A stretch of DNA of 64,000 nucleotides from Rhina ancylostomus. Its lineage: Eukaryota. Numbering within the stretch: the first letter of the stretch is position 1; the number at the start of each line of letters is the position of its first letter. Shown one piece after another: positions 12,133 to 24,386 of this stretch. A program made the translations under genes and the position numbers. The stretch covers positions 61,606,850 to 61,670,849 of the forward strand of contig JARFYF010000002.1 of assembly GCA_030265395.1 (NCBI GenBank). Reading direction: 5' to 3'. The notes under the pieces were generated by a model, which ran no database searches, was not told the origin of the DNA, and saw nothing but the letters and a program-made list of their open reading frames with translations.

Positions 12133-12445
12133 AAAAAAACTGCTGAGGCTAGAAATCTGGAAGTAATACAGACAATGCTGGAAACATTCAGCAGGTCAAG
12201 CAGCATCTGTGTATGGGGAAGCAGTAAACATTTTGGGTAGCTGCTCCTATTAAGCCATTTGGACTTGCACTATCAGAGATACTCCCTTTGTTCTACACAT
12301 TCCTCCTTTACCTTCTCTCCTACTGAAAATAAACTCTCTCTTTCCCAATTCTGAAGAAGGATCCCAGACCTAAAAGGTGAACAATTTCTCCTTCCACAGG
12401 CACTGCCTGATCTGTTGAGTGTTTCAGCATTTTCTACATTTCTAC
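12133..12445. mobile_element. Fold-back Penelope-derived element
   Basis: Arm ~12165-12238 is roughly the reverse complement of arm ~12368-12441; decayed hammerhead CTGAAGA-AGGATCCCAGACCT-AAAA at 12351-12375 (+). Confidence 0.7.
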
Positions 12446-12454
12446 AGGATCTGT

Positions 12455-12852
12455 CTCAGAATCCCATTGCACTTCACAAACACAGAGGTACTTCTTCACT
12501 GTTGCAAAATAGGAACCACGACAATTTATTTGCAAGCAGCAAGAACCCACAAAATGACAAAGCTGCAACAACCATACATTTTCCTGATTGTGATTGGAAG
12601 ATTATTATTGGCTAGGTTGCCAGAGTTAACTCCCTTGCTCTTTGAAGCAATAGATTTCAATCTATTGAAACCACCCAAAGCAGCAGACAGTACTTCAGTT
12701 TGATATCTCTTCTGGAAGATTGGCACCTTGATTCATGCAGCATTAATGGGTCAGCCTAGATATTTTACTGCTTATATTTTTGGAGTGGGATTTGAAATCT
12801 ACAACCTTCTGATTCTGACGTGTGTATGGGTCCAATTGTGCCAAGGTGACAC
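12455..12852 (-). mobile_element. DeuSINE (SacSINE1/AmnSINE1-like), near full length
   Basis: Reverse-strand head (ggagtgggatttgaaatctacaaccttctgattc) and Deu-domain-like core (tattggctagg...aactcccttgctctttgaa...tcagcctagat); homologous to 44.2 and 47.2 kb copies. Confidence 0.75.
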
Positions 12853-12881
12853 AGACTATTTTTCATATGGTGGAATGGAAT

Positions 12882-13217
12882 GCAGCATAGAGAGGCACAG
12901 GACAGAAAAAGGCTCTTCAGCCCACTGAGTCCATGCCAACCATCAACACCCATTTATACTAATGATACATTAATCCATCTTATCTCCTTAAAGTCCCATC
13001 AATTCTACCTAGATTCTGTCATTCACCTACACATTAGGGGTGATGTGCAGTGGCCAATCAGCTCAGAAATCTGCACATCTTTAGGATGTGGAAGGAAACC
13101 CATGCAGTCAAAGGGAAATTGTGTAAACTCCACACAGGCAGGACCTGAAGTCAGAAATGAACGTGGGTCTTTATCACTGTGAGATAGTGGCTCGACTAGC
13201 TGCACCACTGTGCTGTG
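12882..13217 (-). mobile_element. HE1/V-SINE-like SINE with CR1-derived tail, near full length
   Basis: tRNA-like head at ~13140-13217, V-domain-like core, and CR1-type tail (ggctcttcagcccactgagtccatgcc). Confidence 0.85.
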
Positions 13218-13696
13218 ACGTCTTCCTGTTCCCAATGGGAGACTGCACTGCTGACTTTGAGGCGGACTGACTAGTGTCAAGGAAGGCCTCTGCATTTGAC
13301 TGTCAATACTAACAGCTGTAGAAATAGCGAATGGAGAAGAGGTTGCTCAGTCTGGCCTATGAGTAGTCTTTTCACAGAAAAAATAGTCAAAAACTGTTTC
13401 CATGATTCCCATTGTTAATGGGATACTTTAAAGGTAGATTTTGAACAAAATAGAGTTCTCTTCAGGGTTCTTGATTATGAGCCCACACCAACGTATTGTC
13501 AGTACATAGGTCAAGTTATTTGACATTGGGAAGCTTTGCTGCTTATTCAGATAGTCTCATTTGAAGTAGAAGGACACCTTTTTTTCCCATCCCAAAAAGT
13601 TAAACTTAACCAAAGTTAGTGTCAGAGTTATGCCAGAAAAGTTGTGGAATTTTGATGCCAAGCAGATGTTGGTCAGAACAAGCTCTCCAACAACCA

Positions 13697-13980
13697 TATA
13701 GTTCAAGTCTCAAAATAAGAGGTCAGCCTTTCAGCTTGAGGATGAAGAGAAATTTCTTCACCCACTGGGTAGTGAATCTTTGGAATTCACTACCAAAGAG
13801 GACAGTGTAGGTCCAAACACAGAGTATAATGAGTACATATTTTTAGATATTGTGGTTTTGAAGTATATAGTACAGGAATGTACTGCTGAGGTTTCAAAAA
13901 AAAAAGTCAGTCACGATCTTATTAAATAGTGGGGCAGGCTAGAGAGTTAAATGGCTTAATCCTGCTTCTGTTTCTTAGAG
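13697..13980 (+). mobile_element. CR1 LINE 3' end
   Basis: ORF 13619-13810 ends SLKIRGQPFSLRMKRNFFTHWVVNLWNSLPKRTV, the CR1 ORF2 C-terminus; 3'UTR ends cctgcttctgtttctta. Confidence 0.85.
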
Positions 13981-16900
13981 TTAGACAGATAACTCCAGGT
14001 AAAAGTAGTAAATGAGCATCAGGTGTAATTGAAAGGCTGCAAAAACTAATTAATGATCACATGATGTCACTGCTGTTTGAATTGGTCTCTAATTTCAACC
14101 AATAACAAATGTCAATAACAAAGATTGCAAATTAGTGCTGAGTGTGCAGTCTAAAGCGAGTCAGGAGTCTACAGGCAGGTAAGAAATCTAGTTGAAATGG
14201 GCCCTGGCCTATGTTAATATTATAGTTATTGTAAATATGAATTATAAATTTTGTAATATTTTGGGTGTACATAAATGAATCCGCAGAAATACTGAGTGGT
14301 GGAAATCAAGTTCCATGGTGTTTATCTTGTTAATTTACTCTAAATTACATAAATTCCAGTAAAAGAAACCATTAGATATCTGATGTACACCCATTTATCC
14401 TTTTTTTTACTGCTCTCTTGTTGAATTAGTGCAGATAAGAAGGAGAACACCTGTGGAAGTTCAACTCAAATTGTTTACTGAGACCAAGTGATTGGTTTAT
14501 AGGCTGAAAGCTTACTGAGTCATGTTGTGACGTATGGCTCTGTATAATGTCGTTGCTGTACAGTTGAGGTCCTGTAGGTTTAATCATTTTATTTGTAGTA
14601 CTTTGTCAATATGGATTTCTCTTTCAACATTGGATAAAGAATCTGAGAAAGTATTTTAGTGCTGTATGCTGTACCTTGTATGTAGCCATTGTATTAACAA
14701 GATAAGAACTTTCAATCACAGTACATCTCTGGCACTGGGATAGAGAATTTTTAATGGAAGTAACATCAATAACTTCAAGACACAAAACTATAATGTTCCA
14801 TCAATATAGTAATCAATAAATTGTTGAATTTTTATCAATTGCAGCATTACTTTTAGAATGTTTTCTCACAGGTGGTGGCTGTGATTGCTCTCTATTGAAT
14901 CATTTTATTGAGAGAGAAAAGACATACAAGTACAGCAACTGTAAATCAATCTAAACAATGTTCTGAAGGATGGGAAAGTTCTGAAGTTGTCAATAACTGC
15001 TAACATAAAGATATCAATACCATGGAATAGTTTAGAGATCAGCCTGAATTTATGTGAAGTGACAATTTCCCATGATAGATGCTCAAATTAGAGATGATAT
15101 CATAACTAAACATTCAAATTTGTGCTTATTAACTCTGGTTAACATGTTATGAAAAAGTTTTTTTTATAATCTTCTGAAATAATATTGCTGAAAGAATCAG
15201 TTCACCCAGAATACTGATTATTATGGACCAAATTAAGCTGATCATCTTGTGGTACTGACAGGATCTGCCCTTCTCAAGTAAGTACATCTTGGATTTATAA
15301 TGACCCACAAAGCCCAAGATGTACTGAGTGACGGCACCCCTGTTTCAATCCTACATCAGCCAGACCTGATGTAGGAGACTTCTCAATCATTTGAATGGAG
15401 ATTTCTAGCTTGAAGATTAGGAGGAAAATAGTTTTAATTATTTCTTGGTGTTAAAAGTCTTGATAGACATTTACAGAAAAAAAGAAGCTCCTACTGTGCA
15501 GTCCTGTCTCCTTTCAAAGCCTGTCAGGATGTTTTGGGGGATAGGACCTCCATGATATGCTACCCAAGATCAATCCAGACACATAGATTCCATTCAGTCA
15601 GCTTTCCCTATCGGGCNNNNNNNNNNNNNNNNNNNNNNNNNNNNNNNNNNNNNNNNNNNNNNNNNNNNNNNNNNNNNNNNNNNNNNNNNNNNNNNNNNNN
15701 NNNNNNNNNNNNNNNNATCGGGCCCAAGTGAGCAGCATTATCAGACGAGATATGACACAAAGCCACACTTAAATAAGAAAAAAGTGAATGTTGGGGAAGG
15801 AATCTGGGAATTTAATACCAAGGCAACTCAAAGCATAGCTACTAATGACAGATGATTAAAATTTGGAAAATTGGAGAAATCTGAATTGGAATGCTGATAA
15901 TCCAGAAAGTTACGGGGTTTGTAAATGAATTAGAAAACTGTAGCATAGGAGGCCATTTGATCTATCAGGCAATGCTGGCTGGAGAAAAGAACCATACTCA
16001 TGAGTGATAAGCTTATGTGACCCTTCTAGAAACACACACCTTTTTAAAACTGGAGGTTAGCTGCTTAAATGTGTAAATATTTAATCTATAGTCTCTGGTG
16101 TAGCAGTCAATTATCAGTGATGAGTGGAGCAGACACTGGGCCTTTTCCCCTCGGTTTTGTAAATTAATGCTCGTGTATGAAAGATTGATTTAAAATGTAA
16201 CCTCTGATAATCCATTCAAATTGCCCCTCCTGGAACACACCTATTGGAGAGCTGCTCAGCTTGCTGTTGATCTCATCTCTTAAGGCTCATGTCAGATACA
16301 ACGATGAGACCTAGAATCCATTTCCATCAATTAATGTGTCACTTGATTCAGATGGTGCCATTTGCATTTTTTTTGGTAATTTATTTCATGATTGTGTTTT
16401 AATGAATTTTGTCCTTTTCCCAAATTGCGCTCATTCATGAATAATTAAAATACATACTTCATACTCTGTTTTTTTTTTAAAAAATCATGGTTCAAGGAGT
16501 AATGTTTTATAGTTAACACTCTATCTGTTGCTGGCAATTCATTGATACTATTCACATGGGTTACTTTGGGTGGAAGCTCTCGTATTGATCCAAACATTGT
16601 AGTTTGGATAATCCTAAGACTTGTGCCATGTCATTATGAATCCAGTAATATATTAAGTTTTTTTAATGTATTTTTCCTTTGTTGCATAAGTGACCATCGC
16701 CATTCAAAGGTCCCCAACTAGATTAAGTTATTTCATTTTTGTATCAGTATTGCACATGAAAATAGAGAGTCTTCACAAAGACCAGTGATTGGGAGCTATG
16801 CTAACGTTGGTGTATAACAGAATGGTCACTGTCTACTGCAAAAAAGCTTTTGCTTCCTTGCCATAGAGACAAGTCCATCTCCTAGTATCTGGTATTTAAA

Positions 16901-17061
16901 AGCTGCTTTTTTAATTTACTTGTTTGGGTTGAATTGAATGTGGTTGGCATTAGTTACCAACAGTTTGTATGTTTTAAGTAAGACACCAAACTGAGAATTA
17001 GTTAAATTTAGGATGGGTTTATTAAAAATAAATATATCAGTGACAAAGAGTTACAGACGTG

Positions 17062-17231
17062 TGATACTACTTCTTAAAAGGCTTTCAGGCACATAAATAT
17101 GCAGGCAATGGAGGGATATGGACGTGTAGGCAGAAGGGACTAGTTTAGTGGGCTTTAATCATTCGTTTAATTAGCTTGGCACAACAATGGTGCGCCAAAG
17201 GGCCTGTTGCTGCTGCACTGTTCTGTGTTCT
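17062..17231 (+). mobile_element. CR1 LINE 3' end
   Basis: atggagggatatgg...ggcacaacaatggtgcgccaaagggcctgttgctgctgcactgttctgtgttc tail. Confidence 0.8.
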
Positions 17232-17862
17232 TGTTTATGATATTTATTAACAGCTCTTTTGTTTGACACTCCAAGCTTGGAGCATGACATGGAACAAATT
17301 TTTCTTGGAAAACTGCAATTGACCGAGTTTGTTGGACAAAGGATTTGGAGAATGTCAAGATCAATATAAAGGATGCTGCTTGTTGCCATTTTTTATGTTC
17401 TCGCTCACAAAATTGCATTCAGTCTAGTTGAGTATGCCTGAGAACACATTCACACCATTTTATTGATGTTGTTTGGGGGAGGGAAAGAAAAGGACATTTT
17501 GTTCCTTTTAGTGAAAAAGAAAGCACAACAGAAAAATGTGATGGATGACACAGTGGGAGAAATTTTAATGGTTGAGGGTTACTGGTTTGGGGTTGGGTAG
17601 GAGGTTAAAATAATCTTGCATCTAATTTTCTGACTATAATGGAGGCAGAAAGTGAGATAGGCAATCATTTGCAGGTGAAGTATTTTAGATTCTTCAGAAT
17701 CTTCAAATTCTTCAAATCCAGTTTCTTCAGTTCCAGATTCCCCTTGTGCTTTCATCCTTTGATCTCTTATAAGCTGACAGCTCTACTCCAGCTGATTTCC
17801 CAGCTAAGGGTCAATCTGTGTTGTAGGTTTTAATCTCACAGTTTAAGCGTTTTAGTCCAGAA

Positions 17863-18134
17863 GGGCTGGCACGGTAGTGTAGTAGTTAGCGCAATACTAG
17901 TACAGCGCCAGCTATCGGGGTTTGATTCCCGCCGCTGTCTGTAAGGAGTGTGTATGTTCTTCCCGTGTCTGCGTGAGTTTCCTCCGGGTGCTCCGGTTTC
18001 CTCCAGGTGCTCCAGTTTCCTCCCACATTCTGAAGACATATGGGTAGGTTAATTTGGGGTTTAAAAAATGGGCATCACGGACTCGTTGGGCCAGAAGGGC
18101 CCGTTACCACGCTGTAAATAAAATTTTAAAAAAA
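17863..18134 (+). mobile_element. Young full-length tRNA-derived V-SINE-like SINE
   Basis: A box (ggcacggtagtgtagtagttagc), B box (ggtttgattccc), V-domain core, CR1-like tail and A-rich end; many CpGs retained; internal 19-nt tandem duplication at 17977-18014. Confidence 0.9.
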
Positions 18135-18194
18135 TGTTATAACATGTCCTGCCCCTCCACCTTTATGTTCATTTTCAGAATCTGAGTGCCACCG

Positions 18195-19260
18195 GTGAGA
18201 TCATCATTTATTGCCCTTGAAAAGTTGGTGCTGTGCTGCCTTCTTGAACCATTGCAGTCCATCTGGCAGAGGTACTCCCACAGTGTTGTTGGTAAGGGAG
18301 TTCCAGGATTTGGATCCAGTGATGATGGAGGGTGATGTTTACCTTATCAGGAGGATGGATGACTTGGAGAGGGAATCTGGCAGGTGGTGGTGATCTTGTG
18401 CACCTGGTGGTCTTGCCCTCATCCTTCTTGGTGATAGATGTTGTGAGTATGGGAAGTGCTGTCAAAATAGGCTGGGTGATTTACTGCAGTTTTGTAGATA
18501 GTACGCATTGCAACCATTGTGTGCAGTGGTGGAAGGAATGAATGTTCAGGGTGGTCAGCAGGCTGTTTTAGCCTCATTGGTGATGGACTTCTTGAGACAA
18601 GTGGGGAATATTCTATCCTGTTTCTAATTTGTACTTTGTGGATGGCAGAAAGGCCTAAGATGTCAGGAGATAAGTCGCTCACCACAGGCTACCCAACCTC
18701 TGACCTTCTCTAGTAGCCGTAATATTTCTTTGAATCGTTCAGATGAGTTTGTGGTGACCTCCAGGGTGTTGATGGTGAGGGACTCGGCATTGAATGTCAA
18801 GGATAGATTGTCAGACTTCCTCTTGATGGAGATGTTGCTCATTCGACCATGCCTGTCTATGTCTTGCTGCATGCAGGCATGAGCTGCCTCAGTTGCTGAG
18901 GAATTATGAATGGAATTGAACATTGTGCACTTATCAGCAACCATTACCACTTCTGACCTTTATGATCCTTGATGAAGTAACTAAAAATGATTGGGCTTAG
19001 GACATTGTCCTGAGGAACTCCTGCAGTGATCACCTGGGGCTTGGATGATTGACCTCCAACAACCATAGCCATTTTCCTTCCTCAGAGCAATGTCCTAAGC
19101 TCAACCACCTTTAATGTTTTTCATCTCGGCTTAACTTGGGTACCCTGATGTCACACTCATTAAATACTTTTTTGATGTCAAGTCAGTCCCTTGTCTCATC
19201 TCTGGAATTCAGCTCCTTGGTGCATATTTGGACTAAGGCTGTGTTAAGGACTGAAACCAA
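18195..19260 (-). mobile_element. CR1-clade LINE (second family), RT to 3' end
   Basis: Minus strand gives AGVPQDNVLSP (GVPQGSVLGP motif) and VADKCTMFNSIHNSSATEAAHACMQQDID (FADD region); 3' end atttattgcccttgaaaagttgg also seen at 35.0 kb. Confidence 0.85.
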
Positions 19261-20180
19261 CCTGCCTCTTTTATAACTTCGAGTATTAGCGCTAATACGT
19301 ATCAAGGCCAATGAAAGTTATTCAGTTGAAGTATTCAAGTAGATGTGTAAATTTGGATAAAAGGGTAAATTTGATCTGATTTTGTAAAATGACTTGTTAA
19401 GTCCTAATAATTTAATGTGGTGGCAGGTTATTCCCTATAATACCCACTTCTTTCCCTCTACAGATCCAATGACACACTAGCATTTGGTGTCTAAAGACTG
19501 ATTCGCTGCATTGATTTGTCCTGTTTTTTAAAAAAAATCAAAAGCTTACAGTACTGAGTGGTGTTAACGATTTAGCAGTTGTTGTCTACAAGTTGCACAA
19601 CTATAACCTGAGAACAAATATTTCCTATCCTCCTAATTGAAGATCACTCAAAAGAAAAGGTTATATTCGCCTCTTTGTGGGGAAAATGAATATTGTGGAA
19701 GGCGTATTTTGATTTCAATTATACGAGGGAAATGTCTAAACATTTTTTGGATGTTTTTTTTGTAAGCAAGCTGAAGGATGCTAGTGTGATTTATTTAATC
19801 AATATTTTGTTTTTGTTATGTAGCTACATTTTTAACTGGTTCAGGGTCTCACCCTTTTGAAAATTAAAATTTGAGCTGTGCAATTTGAACTAATCATAGT
19901 TTGTGCTTCTCTGTTGGGCAAGTGAAATAAATGGTTTCCCAGGTGATGGGTGGGGAGATGATGTACACTATCCGTGACTGGAATTTCTGCTGAAATGGTA
20001 AGCACACCAATGTAAATTGCATCCAGTTTTAGAAAATGTTGGTAAAAGTACCCATCATCCCAGGGATGAGTACATGGAAATGACAGCAATAGGATAGAAT
20101 GATATAGGCCATGCTGTGTATTAAAGCACGTGACTGCCACCTTTCTAATCTTGAAAATATATCACTGTTTGAATGGAATA

Positions 20181-20335
20181 TAAACAAAATTGCTGGAAAT
20201 GCAAAACATCTGATGAATGGTCCCAGACCTGAAATGCTAACTGTTTCTTTTTCCACAGGTGCTTTGTGAACTGCTCAGTGTTTCTAACATATTCTATTTT
20301 TATTTTGGATTTCTAGCATCCTACAGTTTTCTTCT
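20181..20335 (+). mobile_element. Penelope-derived mini-element with hammerhead-like motif and short inverted arm
   Basis: CTGATGA-AT-GGTC(CCA)GACC-T-GAAAT at 20210-20235; 20181-20202 is roughly inverted relative to 20278-20302. Confidence 0.65.
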
Positions 20336-22269
20336 GTTTTCTTAACAATTTAAGTGATATTATTCAGCAGGCTAATTTACCAAGGTGGAAGCACTTGGTG
20401 GAAGAATGGTACTGTGCTATACTTCCTCAAATGTGGGACTGATTGTTGGCATTGGGAGATTTGTGTTCGGAAACACTTTCTCCACATTTTTTTGGCCGAA
20501 CAGAAGGTATCCCATTTTTCATATGTTGAAGAAGGAGGAATTTGAAAGGGGCATTGGAGGGTAGTGGGAGAGAAACACATTCTGGAGCTATCCATTCACT
20601 GGGATCTGTTGAGTTCAAGTTCATTTTTCTGGACCTTTTCACAAGAGCACTTTATTCTCAGGAGACTTCAGTCATGTCACTTTGCAGGAGCTCTGTTTAT
20701 TGTTTTGCAGTTGATTTATCACCCCTTCAGTTTCTGCTGATGAAGTTACAAAAGTTCTCAATGTTTAGCTACTGATTCAAGAGAGCCACAGGGGATATTT
20801 GTCTGGGCCATCCAATTTACTGGGCATTCATCAATAAGGCAAGTTACCATTGCTGCCTTGTCCCAAACAGCTTAATTACACAACTGGATGGTCATCCCAG
20901 ACTGATAACTGAGAGCTGTCATGAAGTCACATTGTCAGTATGGAGTCTCAGTTATGATTTGACAACAGAGACAAATGATTTGGACTTGGTTATTGAAGGA
21001 TAATTACTGTTTCCAAAGCTCGTACTGCCTCTTGATGCATCACGGCAGTGAAGCAGGTGCAGACAATAGGAAGAAATTAACAAGCCTTTGGTACACAAAG
21101 TCTGGGTAAGATGAAGGTGCCTTGTTATGTGTAACCAGAGTTTTATAAATTGTTGGAATATTNNNNNATGCTTCACAGCTTGGCAATCAAGAATGATTGG
21201 CAGACTAAAAACAGAATGCTGAAAATGCTCAGGTGGCATCTATGAAGAGAGGACCAGAGTTAACATCATGGATTAATGACTAGTCCCTAACTCTGACTGG
21301 TTATTGAAATGATAAGTTGCACACGGATTTTTGCAATGTGGTTGTACAGGAGATTTGGGGCAATAGAAACCTTAAGGTTTTAGAAAATGGTAGGGAAAAG
21401 ATTTATACTTCACTCAGTCTGATTATTGTTTATAAATTGTTTTTTGAAAAAAGCTCAGTATTTCCTGGCAGTGATGAGCTGCCCATGTTCACCACTAGTC
21501 TGTCTGCTAAAACCGTACCTGCTTTGAGTTGATCCCCAGACGAGCACTTCGCAGAAGCTGTGCTGAACCTCCTCAATGAGGTCCTGCAAAGCGCAGGACT
21601 AGAATTAGTCACACCCACAACTATTCAGAAACATTTTTAAAAAAAGACCAAATTACATATGTGTCCTTTGGATTATTAGCAACCCTTCCTCTCCATTGAA
21701 ATTAAGAGAGTTAATTTTTTTTTGTGTGTGTATGCTAGTGTGATGCAGTCTCGGTGAGCACGTTCCCAAGAATGAACATTGGAGATTTGCAGTAAGTTGG
21801 TGCTCCACCTCTGCATCTCAATGATGTAGTGTTACCAGTACAATTTCAGCAAACACCCAGCTGGAACTCTGGGGCTTCCGCATCTGTTCATGCTTGCAGG
21901 GGTGCCCTGATTTTTAAAAAGGGAAATGTCAATGGTTCCACTTGAAGCAGCTGGCATTTCTTGGGTACATCTGACTCAAAGCTTCTGTGCCCATGTGGTG
22001 TGAATCCAACAGGAATGCCAAGCAATTCTACACTACTCCTTGTTCAGGATGCAATCACTCTACACCTTGCCTATCCCAGGCAGTAATCCGGCTGCTTTCC
22101 TGTATTTTGGCACAAAGCGTCCTCTGGTCAGAAGTTACTATTCTGTCAGTGAATTTCCAGTTGGTGCTCTTCATTTTTATTCTAAATTATTGGATCCGTC
22201 CTTGTTAAAATAAGTTGATGTAAAATAAGTATCAATAATTTCATCAAATGTTGAATAAAATAATAAAAA

Positions 22270-22690
22270 TTGGGGTAGCAATTAATAGAGCGCCAGAGAC
22301 CTGGGTTCATTACTGACCTTGGATGCTGTCTGTGTGGGCCTTGTGTGTTCTCCCTGTAACCAGGTGGGTGGGTAGGTTTAATTGGCCAGTGTTAGTTATC
22401 CCCAGTGTCGTAGGTGAGTGGTAGAATCTGGGAGGGAGTTGAGGAGAATATGGGGAGAGTAAAAATGGGATTAATATAAGTGGGTGGTTGATAGTTGGCT
22501 CAGACTCAGTGGGCTGAAAGGTCTGTTTCTGTGGTGTATGTGTCTGATTCTATGNNNNNNNNNNNNNNNNNNNNNNNNNNNNNNNNNNNNNNNNNNNNNN
22601 NNNNNNNNNNNNNNNNNNNNNNNNNNNNNNNNNNNNNNNNNNNNNNNNNNNNNNAGGTCTGTTTCTGTGGTGTATGAGTCTGATTCTATG
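22270..22690 (+). mobile_element. HE1/V-SINE-like SINE (tail duplicated across a gap)
   Basis: gacctgggttca...tgctgtctgtgtgg...ttaattggcca...gggctgaaaggtctgtttctgtggtgtatg; 22519-22554 is repeated at 22655-22690 after the 100-N gap. Confidence 0.85.
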
Positions 22691-23439
22691 ATTTATCAGA
22701 TTTATTCTTAAATAATTAAATCTCGGCCAAACAAGCACCTGCAGAAAATGAAGGTGCTGCAGTCTGGAGTGAAATTTATAAGACCTTGTTTTGTGTATAT
22801 ATATTCTAATCTTTTAGAAACATTCTGGATTGTAGGTTTGCTCACAATGTTAAGTCTCCATTGTGGATTACCTTTTCAACATTTTCTCTTGTAATATTCT
22901 GACATTTTGCCTTTCATGACTAAATTGTATTTGCAGAATTTTCTGCAGATATTTTGATGCAATGTGGGTTTGTTATTAACTGGAAATTTTAAAGCAAGAG
23001 TGATTACTTTTAATCCTTTGAAACATTAATAATTCTAATGCAGTGACTATTTTAGTATGCTTGTTGATTACTCTCTGCTTTCTAATTCTGCTAAGAATCT
23101 GCTTCACCTTCAACTGTCTGTCACAAATGTTGGTTGACCACCAGCCATTTCAATATAGCTTTGAGTAATTAGCTGAGCATGGTATTCAGTCAGGATGGTC
23201 CCTACGTGTACTGAGTGGGGCAATCTTTCACAGAGTTGTGATAGGATAATGCAATTGTCTCAAATGCTTAGTGTCTGAAGCAATAATCGATGTTAGTTTC
23301 TAATTGCTATCAAGCGGATTCTGCTAGTGTGCATGTGGACCTTGAATCAGGGCATGTACTGGACTGACTTATAATGGTCAAGGAGAGGTTGCTGAGATTT
23401 GCTGTGCAAGCTCACTGTGGGTAATTGGGTGAAGTGGAA

Positions 23440-23733
23440 GGGCTGCTCTCGCTCTTTAAACTTCGTCCCAGCATGAGTCAGATGAATCAGCATCTTCATC
23501 AAGGAAGATGAAAGGAAATTTGTCAAGGAAAGAAAAGCAGCTAAAAATGCTTGCAATATACTGTTTTCTGCTGTGTTATTGTCTCGGCAAAACAAATATA
23601 ATGAACAGCTATTTCGGCAAATGGAGCTGTCATTTGGTTTCCAAGCTAAGGGCAGCATCCCATAATGCTCTGGGAGGATGCTGGCATATAATTGCTGTGC
23701 TGTTTCACTATAATGTGAACAGACATGGTGAGA
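23440..23733 (+). other. Candidate conserved element / alternative upstream exon with 5' splice site ATG|GTGAGA after 23727
   Basis: Non-repeat, balanced-composition block; AP-1 TGAGTCA at 23474; ORF from ATG 23508 open for 73 codons up to a phase-1 donor. No protein similarity recognised. Confidence 0.35.
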
Positions 23734-24386
23734 CCTGCGCTGATTAAGCTTTGCAGTACAAAATGTCTGCCTTTGCAGTTCTCAAGGATTGCCTGTTCAT
23801 TCGGGTTATAGCTCTGGAAGGTTAGATGGTTGTGATAAATTACCTTTTGGAAAGCACTTTATTTCTCATTACATCAGATGCTAAAATAGCAAACTCTGCT
23901 TTGCTTTGCTTATTGTGTTTGACCCAGTTTGCAATCATTTTATATGTTTTGTCTGTTAGTAATGTTTGGTAACTGGCTGATGCTGGTGTTTAGAAATTTG
24001 CAAATCATTTATTAGTGATCCTAAAATCCTGAAAGTTCCACAGAGCATAATTCATATAATCGTGTCTATAAAATGGCAAACTCAATTGAAAGAAGATTGG
24101 TGATTATTATATTCATCATGTTATCCTCAAAGCATTTATTTATACCACAAGTGCCTTGAAATTACATTGAGCACATGCTCTTGCATACAAATGAGAATAA
24201 ATGAGAAATTTAGAGCCTTTGGCATGTTTTGACTGATTAAACAATTGGATGGTGGAACTACTTGTTAGGCTCAACTACCAGGATTCTGACGTATGTGGAA
24301 ATGCTCTTGGAGGAAGATATGTAAAAGGGCCTTTGCACTGAACCTGGTAACAAACTTGAAACTTCAAACAAAAATTCTTTCTGGGC

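Noticed and set aside
17863-17935. tRNA-like A/B boxes here and in other SINE heads
   Set aside because: They continue into SINE bodies and lack a full cloverleaf, so they are not tRNA genes.
22519-22690. Direct repeats flanking N gaps (also 15610/15717, 45408/45539, 59382/59399, 63508/63658)
   Set aside because: Identical or near-identical sequence on both sides of fixed-length gaps is the signature of unmerged overlapping contig ends, not biological repeats.
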